Shown: piece after piece, positions 40,528 to 54,149 of the stretch
Layout of the letters: each line of letters begins with the position of its first letter
Position numbering within the stretch: the first letter of the stretch is position 1
From: Octopus vulgaris
Lineage: Eukaryota
Assembly: GCA_951406725.2 (NCBI GenBank)
Contig: OX597825.1
Coordinates: 74,028,001 to 74,092,000 of the forward strand
Direction: 5' to 3'
DNA: 64,000 nucleotides
The notes under the pieces: generated by a model
Databases searched by the model: none
What the model was told of the DNA's origin: nothing
The model's input: the letters and a program-made list of their open reading frames with translations, nothing else
Translations under genes and position numbers: made by a program

Positions 40528-40849
40528 TGTGTGGTGTATAGAGTTTGACTTGAACGAAAGATACAGAGAACGAGAGATGGAGAAGGATGAGGAGTGAAAA
40601 GGGAGGAAGTGAGGATGCAAGGAGAGAGAAATAGAGAACGGAAGAGATAGAGAGGGAGAAATGAATGACCATGGTGAAGATAGAGAGATGAAGAAAGGGA
40701 ATGAGAGAAAGCATGGCTGAAAACCCACTCCCTCCGCCACAACACAGAACGAAAACAAATTTTATCTCTGAATTCGGATTTAATCAAACTGGACAAAGTG
40801 AAATCTCTAATGTATTCTCTAGACAGACACCCTACCGTGATGCAAATAT

Positions 40850-41420
<571 letters not shown>

Positions 41421-41954
41421 ACATACACACGCACACACAAAATATCTATTACCATATAATGAGGAAAAGAAACAAAATTATATTTTCCTTTCCGCTTTTT
41501 ATTTTCTTTTCATATTCCTATATATGTATTTCGCTGAAAACTTTGTGAACAGTGCGATAACCGATTATATATAAATATACATATGCGTGTGTATATTTAT
41601 ATATATATGTATATATACGTACACACACTCGCGCGCACACATACACTCATATACAGTGTTATGTAGAGTGAAATATCCTGTTAGTTCTGCAATGCTAATG
41701 GAATAATTTTACTGAATAAATAGTCTATGGGATATGTAATAGAAATACGAAAAAAAAAAAGAAGAAAAACAGGAGATAGTTATCTATGACTTCGAAATAA
41801 GTACATTAGAGAAAATATACTGTGGCCAGGACGAATATAAATAGGTTAAAACGAATACTGCAACACCGGTATGTCTTTCGATGCAAACAACCTGCTATAA
41901 CATTGCGAATATGAGTGAAACTTCTTAAATCAATATACATGTGTGTGTGCGTAT

Positions 41955-41997
<43 letters not shown>

Positions 41998-42213
41998 ATA
42001 CGTCAATGTCGATAGGTATGTATGTATATACGTCAATGTCGAAGGACGCGAATGAGTGCTCAACATCGCATTGGTGGATAGAATTTCTTTATTTGTGTAT
42101 TGATGCTACCATAGGTTTCAGGTTAAGAAAAATATCTTCATGTCTTAATTTTTTCAAGCCAATCACATGCAAGAATGATGTTTGTCTTCATTATATATAT
42201 ATATATATATATA

Positions 42214-42284
<71 letters not shown>

Positions 42285-42396
42285 TCTGATCAATATGTAG
42301 CCAGATTGTTGCTATGCTGTGCAGGGGCATTAATTTTTAACGTTCCTTATCCATTCGCTGTCTACAGCAGTGCTTAGAAGGAACGTATGTAGCATG

Positions 42397-42960
42397 TGAT
42401 CGTCGCATTGACCATAACACTCAAAGATGAGCTGAGAATCTGCATCAAATTTTGGCAAATGCTTGGTGATACCTGCTCAGACGCCTTGGCAAATTTTCAA
42501 AAGATTTCCATCGTTCTCGTCACAATCAAGGAGATCTTGTGCAACTGAAACTTGAGTGTAATTTTGTAAGCTGAAAACTGTTTTGGCACAAACTTGGCAG
42601 ATACGCATCTCATACTGAAATCTTCAGTGATAATGGACTGAACTAATCTGCACATTCTCTGATAACTCACGGATGCTGATTCGACGATTTCCCTTCACAG
42701 CTGCACGCATATTTGCGATGCTTTCTCAGCTCGGCTGGTTGGTTGCGGGTCTCCCAAAACGTTCGTCGATATCGACAATTTTGCGAACACCTTGGAAATG
42801 TTTGAACCTCTCCCACTCTTACGTGCGGCTGATACACTCCTCTCCATACACTTTCTGCAACTCTGCGTAGACCACTGTGTATGTTTCGCCATAACAACTG
42901 TCTGTCATGATCAATGCCACGATCACACGTTACACGCTTTCTTTCCAAGCACTGCTGTAA
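42397..42960 (-). pseudogene. Mariner transposase N-terminal remnants in opposite orientations
   Basis: Minus strand: YAELQKVYGEECISRT..E.F..F....IDERFGRP...NRRISIREL...SAKFVPK (helix-turn-helix and WVP-like linker). Plus strand 42397-42510: LRICIKFWQMLGDTCSD, the start of a related copy. Confidence 0.75.
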
Positions 42961-43194
42961 ACAGCGGAAGTGAGCTAGAACATTAAAACATAGGGGTCAT
43001 GCACAACAGATTAGAAGGTCAATTTTACCAAGCGGCTTCACTAAGCGTGCTTTGACTTCAAAGCCAGAAAGCAAACTCGCTAAACGTTTAGCCATACTGC
43101 GCCCAATTATAAAGTCTGTATATATAAAAATTCATTCCGAAAATCAATTAGATACTATTCCACGAATAGGGAGGGAATTTGCAGTGCATTACTT

Positions 43195-43297
43195 CCGGGG
43201 TCGGTAAATCAAGTACCAGTTGCGTACTGGGGTTGCTGTAATCGACTGCCCCCCTCCCCCAAAATTTCGGACCTTGTGCCTAGCGTAGAAAAGAATA
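43195..43297 (+). mobile_element. Partial family-A-related SINE
   Basis: GGGGTCGGTAAATCAAGTACCAGTTGCGTACTGGGG...CCTTGTGCCTAG.GTAGAAAAGA. Confidence 0.7.
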
Positions 43298-44719
43298 TTA
43301 ATATAATATATGAAAAACATGATTTCTATGCGCGTCTTTTACTTATAGTTACAAATTTAAATTGTAGTGCAGCACCAGATAATGTTGAAATGGTTATCTT
43401 CCTTCAAATATCTCCAACTCTGTGGCGACCACGTCATTTTGAATATATGTATATTTGTGCGTTCGTTGTGTGTGTCTATGTGTGTTGTGTGTATGCATAT
43501 TTATATACATATATAAATATATGCATATATATATATATACATACACATATATCATATATATAAATATACAAATAAATGCATATATATATGATATATGTGT
43601 ATGTATATATATATATATGTAGTTATAGTTATTTTAACACCTTTTCAGTGATTTATTTCATGTGGCTTTCATTCGAGTTACAATATATTATAACTAATTA
43701 TTACGAGTTAATTCCAGCACATTATAATTATCATTGAAAAGTATGCATTAATGATTAGGAGTTAGAAATTAAGAGAATAGGACATTCAGAAATTATAAAG
43801 AAAAACAATAAAAATTCATAGTTAATATTTATAACAATAGTCTTATAATAATTCAAATAGGAACACAACCAGAGTGAAAAGCGTGTGGTTATTATTATAC
43901 GAAAAGAGAGACACTATCAAATACGCGGAATGATATACGTACAATGATGGCATATATATATAGGCATAAGAGTAGATTCGCAGCTGTATAATTAAATAGA
44001 TAGAAAAGGAGATAAATTCAGAGACATGATCAGTAACTGAGTAGAAGCTGAAAGACACTGCACTAAACAGGCCTATGCACATAAACAAATGCATGTACAT
44101 ATATATATTATACACACATACACACCCCCTTATACACACACACACACGTATATATATATGTGATATATGCATGTATACGTGCATGTATGTATCTTGTGTA
44201 AGATGTACAAATATGTGTAAATGCCTAGGAGAACTGAAAGATGACAGCCGTGCTTCTCATGTTTAAGAAAACTGAATCGCAAATCTGAAACCATACCAGG
44301 ATAAAGCATGAAAGAAATAAATCCACCTCTAATGCTTTCTTGGCTTAAAACATAGGGTACTTGAAAAGCGGCATCAAAAGTTAGGTAAGCCTAATGGAGT
44401 GACAGCAGAATAAGAGAGTTAATACTTTGGTATAGATGTGTTGACGTCAAACTCGTTGTTTGTTTTCTCATCCAGTCTCAATTTAATTTATCTTTCTGTC
44501 TTCAGCACGCTTATGTTCACTCTCAATCTGTTTCTCTCCTTAACACAGGAGAAGCATACACATACAAGCACAATCATATGTACGCACATATTTTCTCGCG
44601 TATTCCCTTTTTAGTAAATTTGTTTATATTCATAAAATGTTAAGGTATCAATTCCGATGAAGCGGTCCGCTAATTATTATAACGTTTGAATTTTCATACA
44701 TACCTTCATATATATTCGC

Positions 44720-45360
44720 AGACATGCAGGTAGTAAATAGACACCTTTAATTTTCAAAATTTCTGATCTAAGCGTCTTAATATGTTTTCAGTAGTGTAGA
44801 ATTTACAATGTAATTATTCTTTTTCATTCCAGGTGTCATTATACTAAACATTTGCGAAGAGGAACCATGCCACGCACAAAAAAATTCAGCAGAACTGTCA
44901 GATTTTCAAAGAGGTCGTATTGTTGGGCAATCTGAGGCTGGTTTCAGCCAGCGAAAAATTGCCGAAAATCTTCAAATTCCTCTTGCTATATTGTAAATAG
45001 AATTATAGTGCAATTCAAAAGCCAAGGAAAGGAATCAACAGATTCTTGTCCCGGCCGACCTGGGTCCTCGGAAAGGAAGCTTCGCTGTTTGAAGAGAATT
45101 ATGGAAAATGAACCCCGTTCAAAGGCTTTTGATATTGCAAAACAGCTGGAAATTAGTCCAAGAACTTGCGTTACATATCTGCATAGGCTTGGTTATTATG
45201 GACCAGCAGCTTGAAGAAAACCTCTCCTTCAGCCAATTAATATCAGGAAAAGAAAGAAATGAGGGGATGCCAGAAAAATCCAGTTCATTTTGGGATAGAG
45301 TGATTTTTTTTCAGATGAATTTGCATTATTTTCAGATATCAAACTATATCGGCATGCATT
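44720..45360 (+). pseudogene. Tc1-family transposase 5' fragment
   Basis: [12 protein letters not shown]...SQRKIA...GRP...LHRLGYYGPAA*RKPLL...FWDRVIFSDE, with frameshifts. Confidence 0.85.
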
Positions 45361-45487
45361 AATATTTTTAAAATTCTCTCTCTGTATATAAAAATACATA
45401 AAAATACATGTAAATTGAGTCCATAAAAAGTATAAAAAGTTGATTACCTAATTTGAGCTTATTTTTTAATTCTTATATATATATATA

Positions 45488-45666
45488 TATTATACAAATT
45501 AGAGACAAAACCACTATAATGCAAATGAAACAAAGAAAGACTTAATCCAATACATTTGCATTATAGTGGTTTTGTCTCTAATTTGTATAATATAATATTT
45601 TACTATAAATTGGATTCAATCCTAAATCTGATTTTTCCCTGTAAGTTTGGGTTTATTCCCTAATAT

Positions 45667-45690
<24 letters not shown>
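45488..45690. mobile_element. (TA)n-embedded element with a perfect 40-bp hairpin
   Basis: 45488-45527 is the exact reverse complement of 45553-45592. Confidence 0.75.
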
Positions 45691-45741
<51 letters not shown>

Positions 45742-45742
<1 letters not shown>

Positions 45743-46095
45743 CAAAGGTGAGTTAAGTTCGAGGTAGTAACATCTGTCTAAGGAATACTTGCATCCAATT
45801 AATTAACTGCTGTCTTACCTGTATGTGATTATGTGTATTAGTATTAATGCTCATAAATTATAAGTAAGGAAAAGAATAAGCCGAATTTTAAACATCAATT
45901 ATCATTTATTGATTATAAAAAGATAATATCTTATCTGACAGCTGTTTCTGTTGGTGCTGTTCGATGTATTATAAGGTTTACTACAATAATAATAATAATA
46001 ATTATCATTGTAAATAATTAATTAAAGCAACTTAAGTTGTGGAACTTCATCAGAGGGAAGAAGTAAAGAAAAAGAAAAGTAAGAGAAAGAGAGAA
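45742..46095 (-). mobile_element. PLE-type 3' module carrying a canonical-core hammerhead
   Basis: Abuts (TA)n; contains the motif described in the next feature. Confidence 0.65.
45930..46060 (-). ncRNA. Type I hammerhead ribozyme with extended stem II
   Basis: CUUCCCU-CUGAUGA-[~100 nt AU-rich]-GAAA-CAGCU-GUC-AGAUAAG: canonical core, palindromic stem III ACAGCUGU, GUC triplet, stem I 5 of 7 paired. Confidence 0.65.
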
Positions 46096-46397
46096 AGTAA
46101 GGATATACCAATTCATGCCGGCGTGAGTTAAATATCACACACATCTTCACACATACATACACATAAACATTTACAAGCATATATACATTCTTGAAAATGT
46201 CTGTTTTACTTCCTCTGTAAATTTTGCTCGAAAATTTCTGTTCTACAATTATTCCATAGAAAAAAATATTGTGCGAAAGGCAGAGACATTTTTTTCTTCC
46301 ACTTTTGGAATTTTGTACCAGAAACGCAAAGAAAGCATATTTAGAAATCTCCATCCATGAGAATAATCACAAATATAAACATTGACGATTTTTCTTA

Positions 46398-47258
46398 TTC
46401 ACTCACTCACTCACTCACTCACTCACTCACTCACTCATTCACTCACTAACTCACTCGCTCACTCGCTCACTCAATCTTTCACTCACTCAATCACTCGCTC
46501 GCTCACTCACTCACTCACACACTCATTCACTCACTCACTCACTCACTCACTCACTCATTCACTCACTCACTCATTCACTCACTAACTCACTCCCTCACTC
46601 GCTCACTCAATCTCTCACATACTCATTCACTCACTTACTCACTCACTCACTCATTCACTCATTCACTCACTCATTCACTCACTAACTCACTCCCTCACTC
46701 GCTCACTCAATCTCTCATTCACTCAATCACTCGCTCGCTCACTCACTCACTCACTCACTCACTCACTCACTCACTCACTCATTCACTCACTCACTCGCTC
46801 ACTCACTCACTCACTCACTCACTCACTCATTCACTCACTCACTCGCTCACTCACTCTCTCATTCACTCACTCACTCACTCACTCACTCACTCGCTCATTC
46901 ACTCACTCACTCACTCACTCACTCATTTACTCACTCACTCATTCACTCACTCACTCATTCACTCACTCACTCACTCACTCACTCACTCACTCATTCAGTC
47001 ACTCACTCACTCACTCACTCACTCACTCACTCACTCACTCATCCACTCACTTATTCGCTCACTCACTCACTAACTCACTCATTCACTCACTCACTCATTC
47101 ACTCACTCACTCATTCAGTCACTCACTCATTCATTCACTCATTCACTCACTCACTCGCTCACTCACTCAATTACTCATTCACTCACTCACTCACTCATTC
47201 ATTCAGTCGCTCACTCACTCATTCACTCACTCACTCATTCACTCACTCACTCACTCAG
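46398..47258. repeat. (CACT)n / (GTGA)n tetranucleotide array
   Basis: ~860-bp imperfect tract. Confidence 0.97.
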
Positions 47259-47849
47259 TCTCTCTCTCCCTCTCTCCCTCTCCGTCTCCCCTCCCCTCTC
47301 TCTCTCTGACCACAGGGGCTGCAAGAATTGTGATATCGATCTTCTTGTGCATGTTACTGGACGTGGAACTTATGTAACAGAAAATTGTAGATTTTTTTCC
47401 TAGGCAAGTTTATCGGAACAAATCTAATATTACACATATTCTTGGTTAAGGCGCAATATGTTATCGAAAACAGAAATGAGAATCAAAAAACAAAACAAAA
47501 GATGAAATATTCGATAAAAAAAAAAGCCCTGATAATATCGATGTAACCACGGGAAGAAAATAAGGAAGGTGTGTAAGAAAGTTTTCGCTTAGGGTCGGTT
47601 CGATTGAGCGATATATATATATATAAATTGCTGTTGAATAAAGAAAATAGAAAAAGAAGCAACTTTCCAGAATACAAAATGGAGCGAGGAATATTTTGCG
47701 AGGAAATTCTGATTTCTCTGCCCGGTTTGAGGCACATATTTTCATTTTGTTAGCTTCCTTGTTATTTTGGATGATGATGATGACGATGATGATGGTGTTG
47801 TTGTTATTGATGTACGTTATTTTCAAACGGAATAGCTATCTATGCTCAC

Positions 47850-47894
47850 CGGGGGAAAAACGTCATTTACAGGATAACATTCAAAGGTAGCCAT
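47850..47894 (-). CDS. Candidate short first coding exon of an unidentified host gene
   Basis: CAACAAACATGG start context, 15 codons MATFECYPVNDVFPP, then a CCG|GTGAGC donor (phase 0), in unique sequence. No partner exon or homology recognised. Confidence 0.3.
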
Positions 47895-47989
47895 GTTTGT
47901 TGATGTTTACTGTTTCAATGTATCGTAAGATAAGCAATCGTTTTTCGCTTTATTCTCATGAAATATTAAATATGAAATTTAAACACTCA

Positions 47990-48034
<45 letters not shown>

Positions 48035-48122
48035 GTACTGGGATCGATTTAGACCGCAGTCTAGTGACTGAAACAAGCTAAAGCTGTAAACAAAGATATA
48101 CATATGTAGAGATATACGTACG

Positions 48123-48224
<102 letters not shown>

Positions 48225-48409
48225 CGGGCGTGGCTGTGTGGTAAGAAGCTTGCTTTTCAATGATGTAGTTCAGTCCTACAGCGTAGAATCTTGGACAAGT
48301 TGCTGCTACTATAGTCTCGGGCCGGCGAAAGTCTTGTGAGTAGGTTTCATGGTCGGAAACTGAAAGAAGCCCATCGTGTATAAATATCTATCTATCTATC
48401 TATCTATCT

Positions 48410-48740
<331 letters not shown>

Positions 48741-48804
48741 ATATATATATATATATACTGTCTGTCTGTCTGTCTGTCATCAACTATCTGATCTGTCTAT
48801 CTAT

Positions 48805-49174
48805 CACCATTACATATGAGTAAAGGCTATAAAATGAAATGAGATATACAGTAATCTCTTTATCTTTTTACTATTACGTATATCTCATTTCATTTTATAT
48901 ATTGCCTTTACTCATATGTAATGGTGTATTAAAGTATGGATTGAGTATCATCGGATAGTTGATGTTTTACTGATTTAAGTATGTTTCTCCATTCTCTAAT
49001 TTTGTAGTATTAATTTACGGTAATATTATTACCTTTACCCATATAATACAATAGATGAACTGATTGTTTGACAATTTTTAACATCTATGTATTAATTTTG
49101 TTGGGTACCTATCTAGCAGTATATTGGATATATATTATCCCATGGTGGGTTTAATTTTCAACCCCTATCTCATT

Positions 49175-49180
<6 letters not shown>
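48805..49180 (+). mobile_element. Microsatellite-embedded element starting with a ~120-nt hairpin
   Basis: CACCATTACATATGAGTAAAGGC..TAAAATGAAATGAGATATAC pairs with GTATATCTCATTTCATTTTA...GCCTTTACTCATATGTAATGGTG; ends in (TA)n. Confidence 0.65.
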
Positions 49181-49222
<42 letters not shown>

Positions 49223-50257
49223 GTGTGTGTGTGTTCCTCACTTCCGCTTGAAAACCGGTGTTGGTGTGTTTACATCCCCGTAACTTAGCAGTTCTGCAAA
49301 AGTAACTGATAGTATAAATATCCGGCTTAGAAAATAAGAACTATAAGAACTAGTGTCGATTAATTCGACTAAAAATTATTCAAACCACTGCCCCAGCATG
49401 GTCGCAGTCTAAAGACTACAACAATCAAAAAGATTAAAGATACGAACGGTATTTCTATTTTATCTTTATCGTAGACTCACTCTTTTGTTTTGCATTATAT
49501 TTCTACGCTATTTCCACTGCAATAAGAGGCGTCTAAAGTTCAAATCTAAATACATCAGTACTTAACTAGAAAGCCCTTTGATTTTATTCTTCCTCATCTT
49601 TTACCGATTAGAAACCACTACTTTGAAAATCGCACACTTCCTGTAAGTCTCCCGGAAACGTCAGCGCGCAAGTAGCCAGATAATTTCATTATCATCATTC
49701 AATCAAAAGACGGTTTTATTTCTGGAAACGTGCAACAAAGACTATTATTTCACAACAGCGAACCTCTCGCTCATTCAATACAATAAACACTAACCTATTT
49801 CAGTGATAGCAGGTCCTATTTATTTAACAAGTCAATAGACCTTAAGCGTCACGTATGAATGAGCAATTCTTTTTAGATATCGTTCACTTGAAGGTGGTTT
49901 TTACAAAAAGATCTGGTTTGGTGGCGAAGGTGACGGAGACGGTGTGAGCGGTACTAGCGGTTTTTACTCTCTAACACCTCTGTCTTTGAGTCAGAAGAGT
50001 TCTAAGAATGCACTTCTTGTTTTCTTTCTTTCTTTTTTTTTTCTTTTTACACATCGGTTGGTTAACAGTTATTCTAGTTCTGAAATCAAATCAAATACAT
50101 CTGTAGGAGCGCATGCTGTTGTAGTTCCGTACATTACCATTTAGCAATCGTTCGGTCGTACCACCACCACCACCACCACCACCACCACCACCACCACCAC
50201 CACAACTACTACTACTGCTTCTTCTTCTTCTTCTTCTTCTTCTTCTACTAATACTGT

Positions 50258-50291
<34 letters not shown>

Positions 50292-50337
50292 GCGGCTGCT
50301 GCCTCTACTACTATTACTACTACTGCGGCTGCTGCCG

Positions 50338-50394
<57 letters not shown>

Positions 50395-50674
50395 TAGAGG
50401 AGATTTAATCTTGCACATGAGAAGGAAATAAGGACGTTGTGAAGAGAAAAGGAATATTACAAGAAGAAATAAAACTGTATATCTATCTATCTATCTATCT
50501 ACCTACGTATCTATAGATAGATATAGATATACATACACTTATACATACATACATACATATATATATGTATATATGTATACATGTGTGTATGTATATATAG
50601 GGTGAGAGGAAGAGAGAAAGAACATCTAGAGCGTGCGATATTGATAAACAGATAAATAGAAAGGGAGAAAAATA

Positions 50675-50750
<76 letters not shown>

Positions 50751-50754
<4 letters not shown>

Positions 50755-50956
50755 ATCCAAACATGAAAACGCAAAGAGAAAACACAACAACGCGAGGACG
50801 TAGAACAAATATAGTATTATTGGACGCTCAGGAAGGAAGGGAAGAAGGAGGGTTTAGCGTTTCGAGGGGAGCTCTTCGTCGGAAACATAGGAGGAAGAAA
50901 AAACCAGAGAAGGGAAGACAGAGGAAAAAAAATCGCCAACAGTACACACGCGGTTA
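50751..50956 (-). mobile_element. PLE 3' module (second subfamily) with degenerate minimal hammerhead
   Basis: Minus strand GUUU-CCGACGA-A-GAG(CUCCC)CUC-GAAA-CGCU-AAAC at 50852-50886; (TA)n on both sides. Confidence 0.75.
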
Positions 50957-50978
50957 TATATATATTTATATATATATG

Positions 50979-51890
50979 CTAGCAGAGAAATTCGTTATTC
51001 TGAATCCAATTTATTTTTGAATTGGGATACAATTTATTCTTGAATTGGGAAATTAATCTGAATTCATAATACAAAAGATCAAAAATACTAACAAGAGCAA
51101 TCTTTAAAATGAGAATATCTGAAATAAACTCGACTGCTTTCACAAACCTGAAAAAGCTTTATTACTAACATGCTTCCCTATAAGTTTATTACTAACATGC
51201 TTCCCTATAAATGGTCCCACATGACCATTTATTCTTCTCGAATCTTGGAAGGATTTGGGATCACGTACTTCATGCAAAAGGAGTCGTAAGTAACAGTATT
51301 CTGCTTGTCTTGACGGGGACACTGTAAACTCTTTCAAGAGCGTCAGCCCCACGTTTCCTCTTGTGCCATTTATTGTTTCACCAAGGGTAATACTTGGGTA
51401 CTTGTGGGTGAAGGAATTTTCTTGCATCTTCATCTACTTGACAGAACTTTAAAAAAGCAGTAAGGGTAGTTTCTTTTGAAGAAAGTGCTTGTTGCAAGGC
51501 TGTTTGTTTTGTAAAAATAATCCTTTGGCCATTCTCTAGATGGACACTCAGATGAATGATGCCCGGGTGCCTCTCATGAATGAGAAAATTGAAGATGCAC
51601 CAAAAAGCCTCATTGCTACTGATGTATTTTCCTTTGTCATACTGTGCATCCTCATCAGTTTTATTTGTCTGCTGACTGCCATTCTGTGTAAAAGTGTATG
51701 TTGCAGCAACTAAACCTTTGTTTATATATTTGCAAACATACTTAATAGACTTAACAGAGTTACAAGATTCAACATTGATTCTGGCTACCTGTACTCGTCT
51801 TTGCTTCACTGTAGAATACTGATCATCTACATTTACTCCGTCTCCTCTTGTAGAGAGTGAGAACATTGTTCTTGGAAACTTTTTTGAAAA
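50979..51890 (-). pseudogene. Helitron Rep/Hel fragment
   Basis: INVESCNSVKSIKYVCKYINKG...YISSNEAFWCIFNFLIHERHPGIIHLSVHLENGQRI...TTLTAF...VPKYYPW and YCYLRLLLHEVRDPKSFQD are typical post-Rep Helitron motifs. Possible CTAG end near 50979. Confidence 0.9.
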
Positions 51891-52867
51891 GTAAAATGGG
51901 GATTAAATGAAAAAATGAGAGAAAGTTATGTGAATATCTTCATAAGAGTGATTGAAATAAATGGTGATTGTGGAACGCCCCACGCACGCATACGCATACA
52001 CACACAGACACAGTATCATACATCAGATGAAATGTACGTGTGTGTGTGTGTGTGTGTGTGTTTGTGAGAGAGAGAGAGAGAGAGAGGGGGGGTGTTGTCA
52101 TGTATACATACATGTGTGAATGACTTCAAGTACATAGAGCTGAACACGGCGCTCAAAAGGTAAATAAATGAAACATTTTTACGGAAATTAACTAAATGTG
52201 CGGATTTAAGCGAAACAATGGCCATATTATTTGTACGCCCCATGTTAAATTGCAAAATTCTAATGTGATATTTGTGTAATAACGAAATCAAACCTGGAGT
52301 GTGTGTATGCGTTTATATTAGAGCCAGTGAGTGTTTATATTAGGGAGACAGTGCGTGTGTGAGAGAGACAAAGAGAAGGTGAGGAAACATTGCAAACGTT
52401 GAATGAAATAAACATGAAATGAAAAAATTGCATAAATAAAATCTCATTAAAAATTATTTTGTACGGAATATTCAAATTTCTGAACTTGGTAAATATTTCT
52501 TTCTGTAATTTATCGTAGTCGTTTGCAAATAGCAAATTAAAACTTGAAATGAAAATATTAAAATGGAGGGTGAGAGACTTTGTAAAGGAAAACGGAATAT
52601 TTCGCCGTTGCTTCGTCAATGCCAGAAGTTGACATTGAGAAACCTTTTTAAAGAAGTGAATCATATATAAAAAAAAACGATATTATTTATTTTTAATAAA
52701 AAGTAAACTGCAGACCCTCTTATGTTTCCGAGGTCAATTTATTCATGCATCACAACTATGGAATCAATTCGCGCAGCCATTTTCGCGTGAAAAGCGAATG
52801 CACACGCACACACTATCACACACACGCATACACACAGACACACAGACACAGGTCTATTTTATATAGA

Positions 52868-52928
<61 letters not shown>

Positions 52929-53008
52929 CATATACATATACATACATATATATATATACATATGCATGCGTATATATAAATATATATATATTTGTGTGTG
53001 TGTGTATA

Positions 53009-53055
<47 letters not shown>

Positions 53056-53930
53056 CTGATAAACACTTGTTTATCCTGTTGCTATCTGCACCCTACGTGT
53101 ATAGAGTGCCTGCATAACCAATGCCATGTGATAACGTGGGTAAGGGATACCGATAGTATATACGGATATTTTATCCCTTAGTCGGTTATTATAACCATTA
53201 GCTCTGTTACACTATATGTGTATATATATATATATATACATACACTCATACACATATATAATTTTATAACTATGCATTTGTATATGTATGTACGTGTATG
53301 TGCGTGTGTGTATGTGTGTGCGCGCATGCATGTAGATTTGTGTGTATGAAATTGCATCATAGTGTAGAGAGAGTGCTTCCGAGTGCATTGTATTAAACTG
53401 TAAATGAGCAAAGACCCAGGGAGGTAACGTTATGAGTGAAGGAGAAGACGACATATGATACAATGAATGGAAATCTGAGATATAGTCTGTGAGAGAGAGA
53501 GAGAGAGACATGGGAGAGAGGAAGGAAGGGAGGGAAGGAAAGAAGGGAATGTGTGTGTCACAGAGAGAAATAAGTATGGTAGGAGGATGAGGGGGAGAAA
53601 GCGGAGGAGCAGAGAGAGAAGATGAGAAAATGAAAGGAAAGACGGAGAGGTGTCGCATGAGATAGACAGGTAGTCTATATAGCTATATACAGGGAGACAG
53701 AGAATGAGATAGGTAGAGACATAAACAGGTAGATAGGTAAATAGATAGATAGATAGATAGATATATAGATAGATAGATAAACAAACAGAGAGACAGCTAG
53801 CTAGCTAGATAGATAGACAAAAAACCTGATTAGGTTGCAATAGATGAAAAGAGAGTGCGGGAGGTCTAGGCTTAAGGGAATAGAATAAAAGAGAATATTT
53901 GTTTGTTTTTGCGTGTGCGTGAGAGGCAGA

Positions 53931-53983
<53 letters not shown>

Positions 53984-54033
53984 TGAGAAAATGGCAGAGA
54001 TATGCAGAGGGAGAAGGGGAGAGGAGGAATATA

Positions 54034-54108
<75 letters not shown>

Positions 54109-54114
54109 ATATAT

Positions 54115-54149
<35 letters not shown>

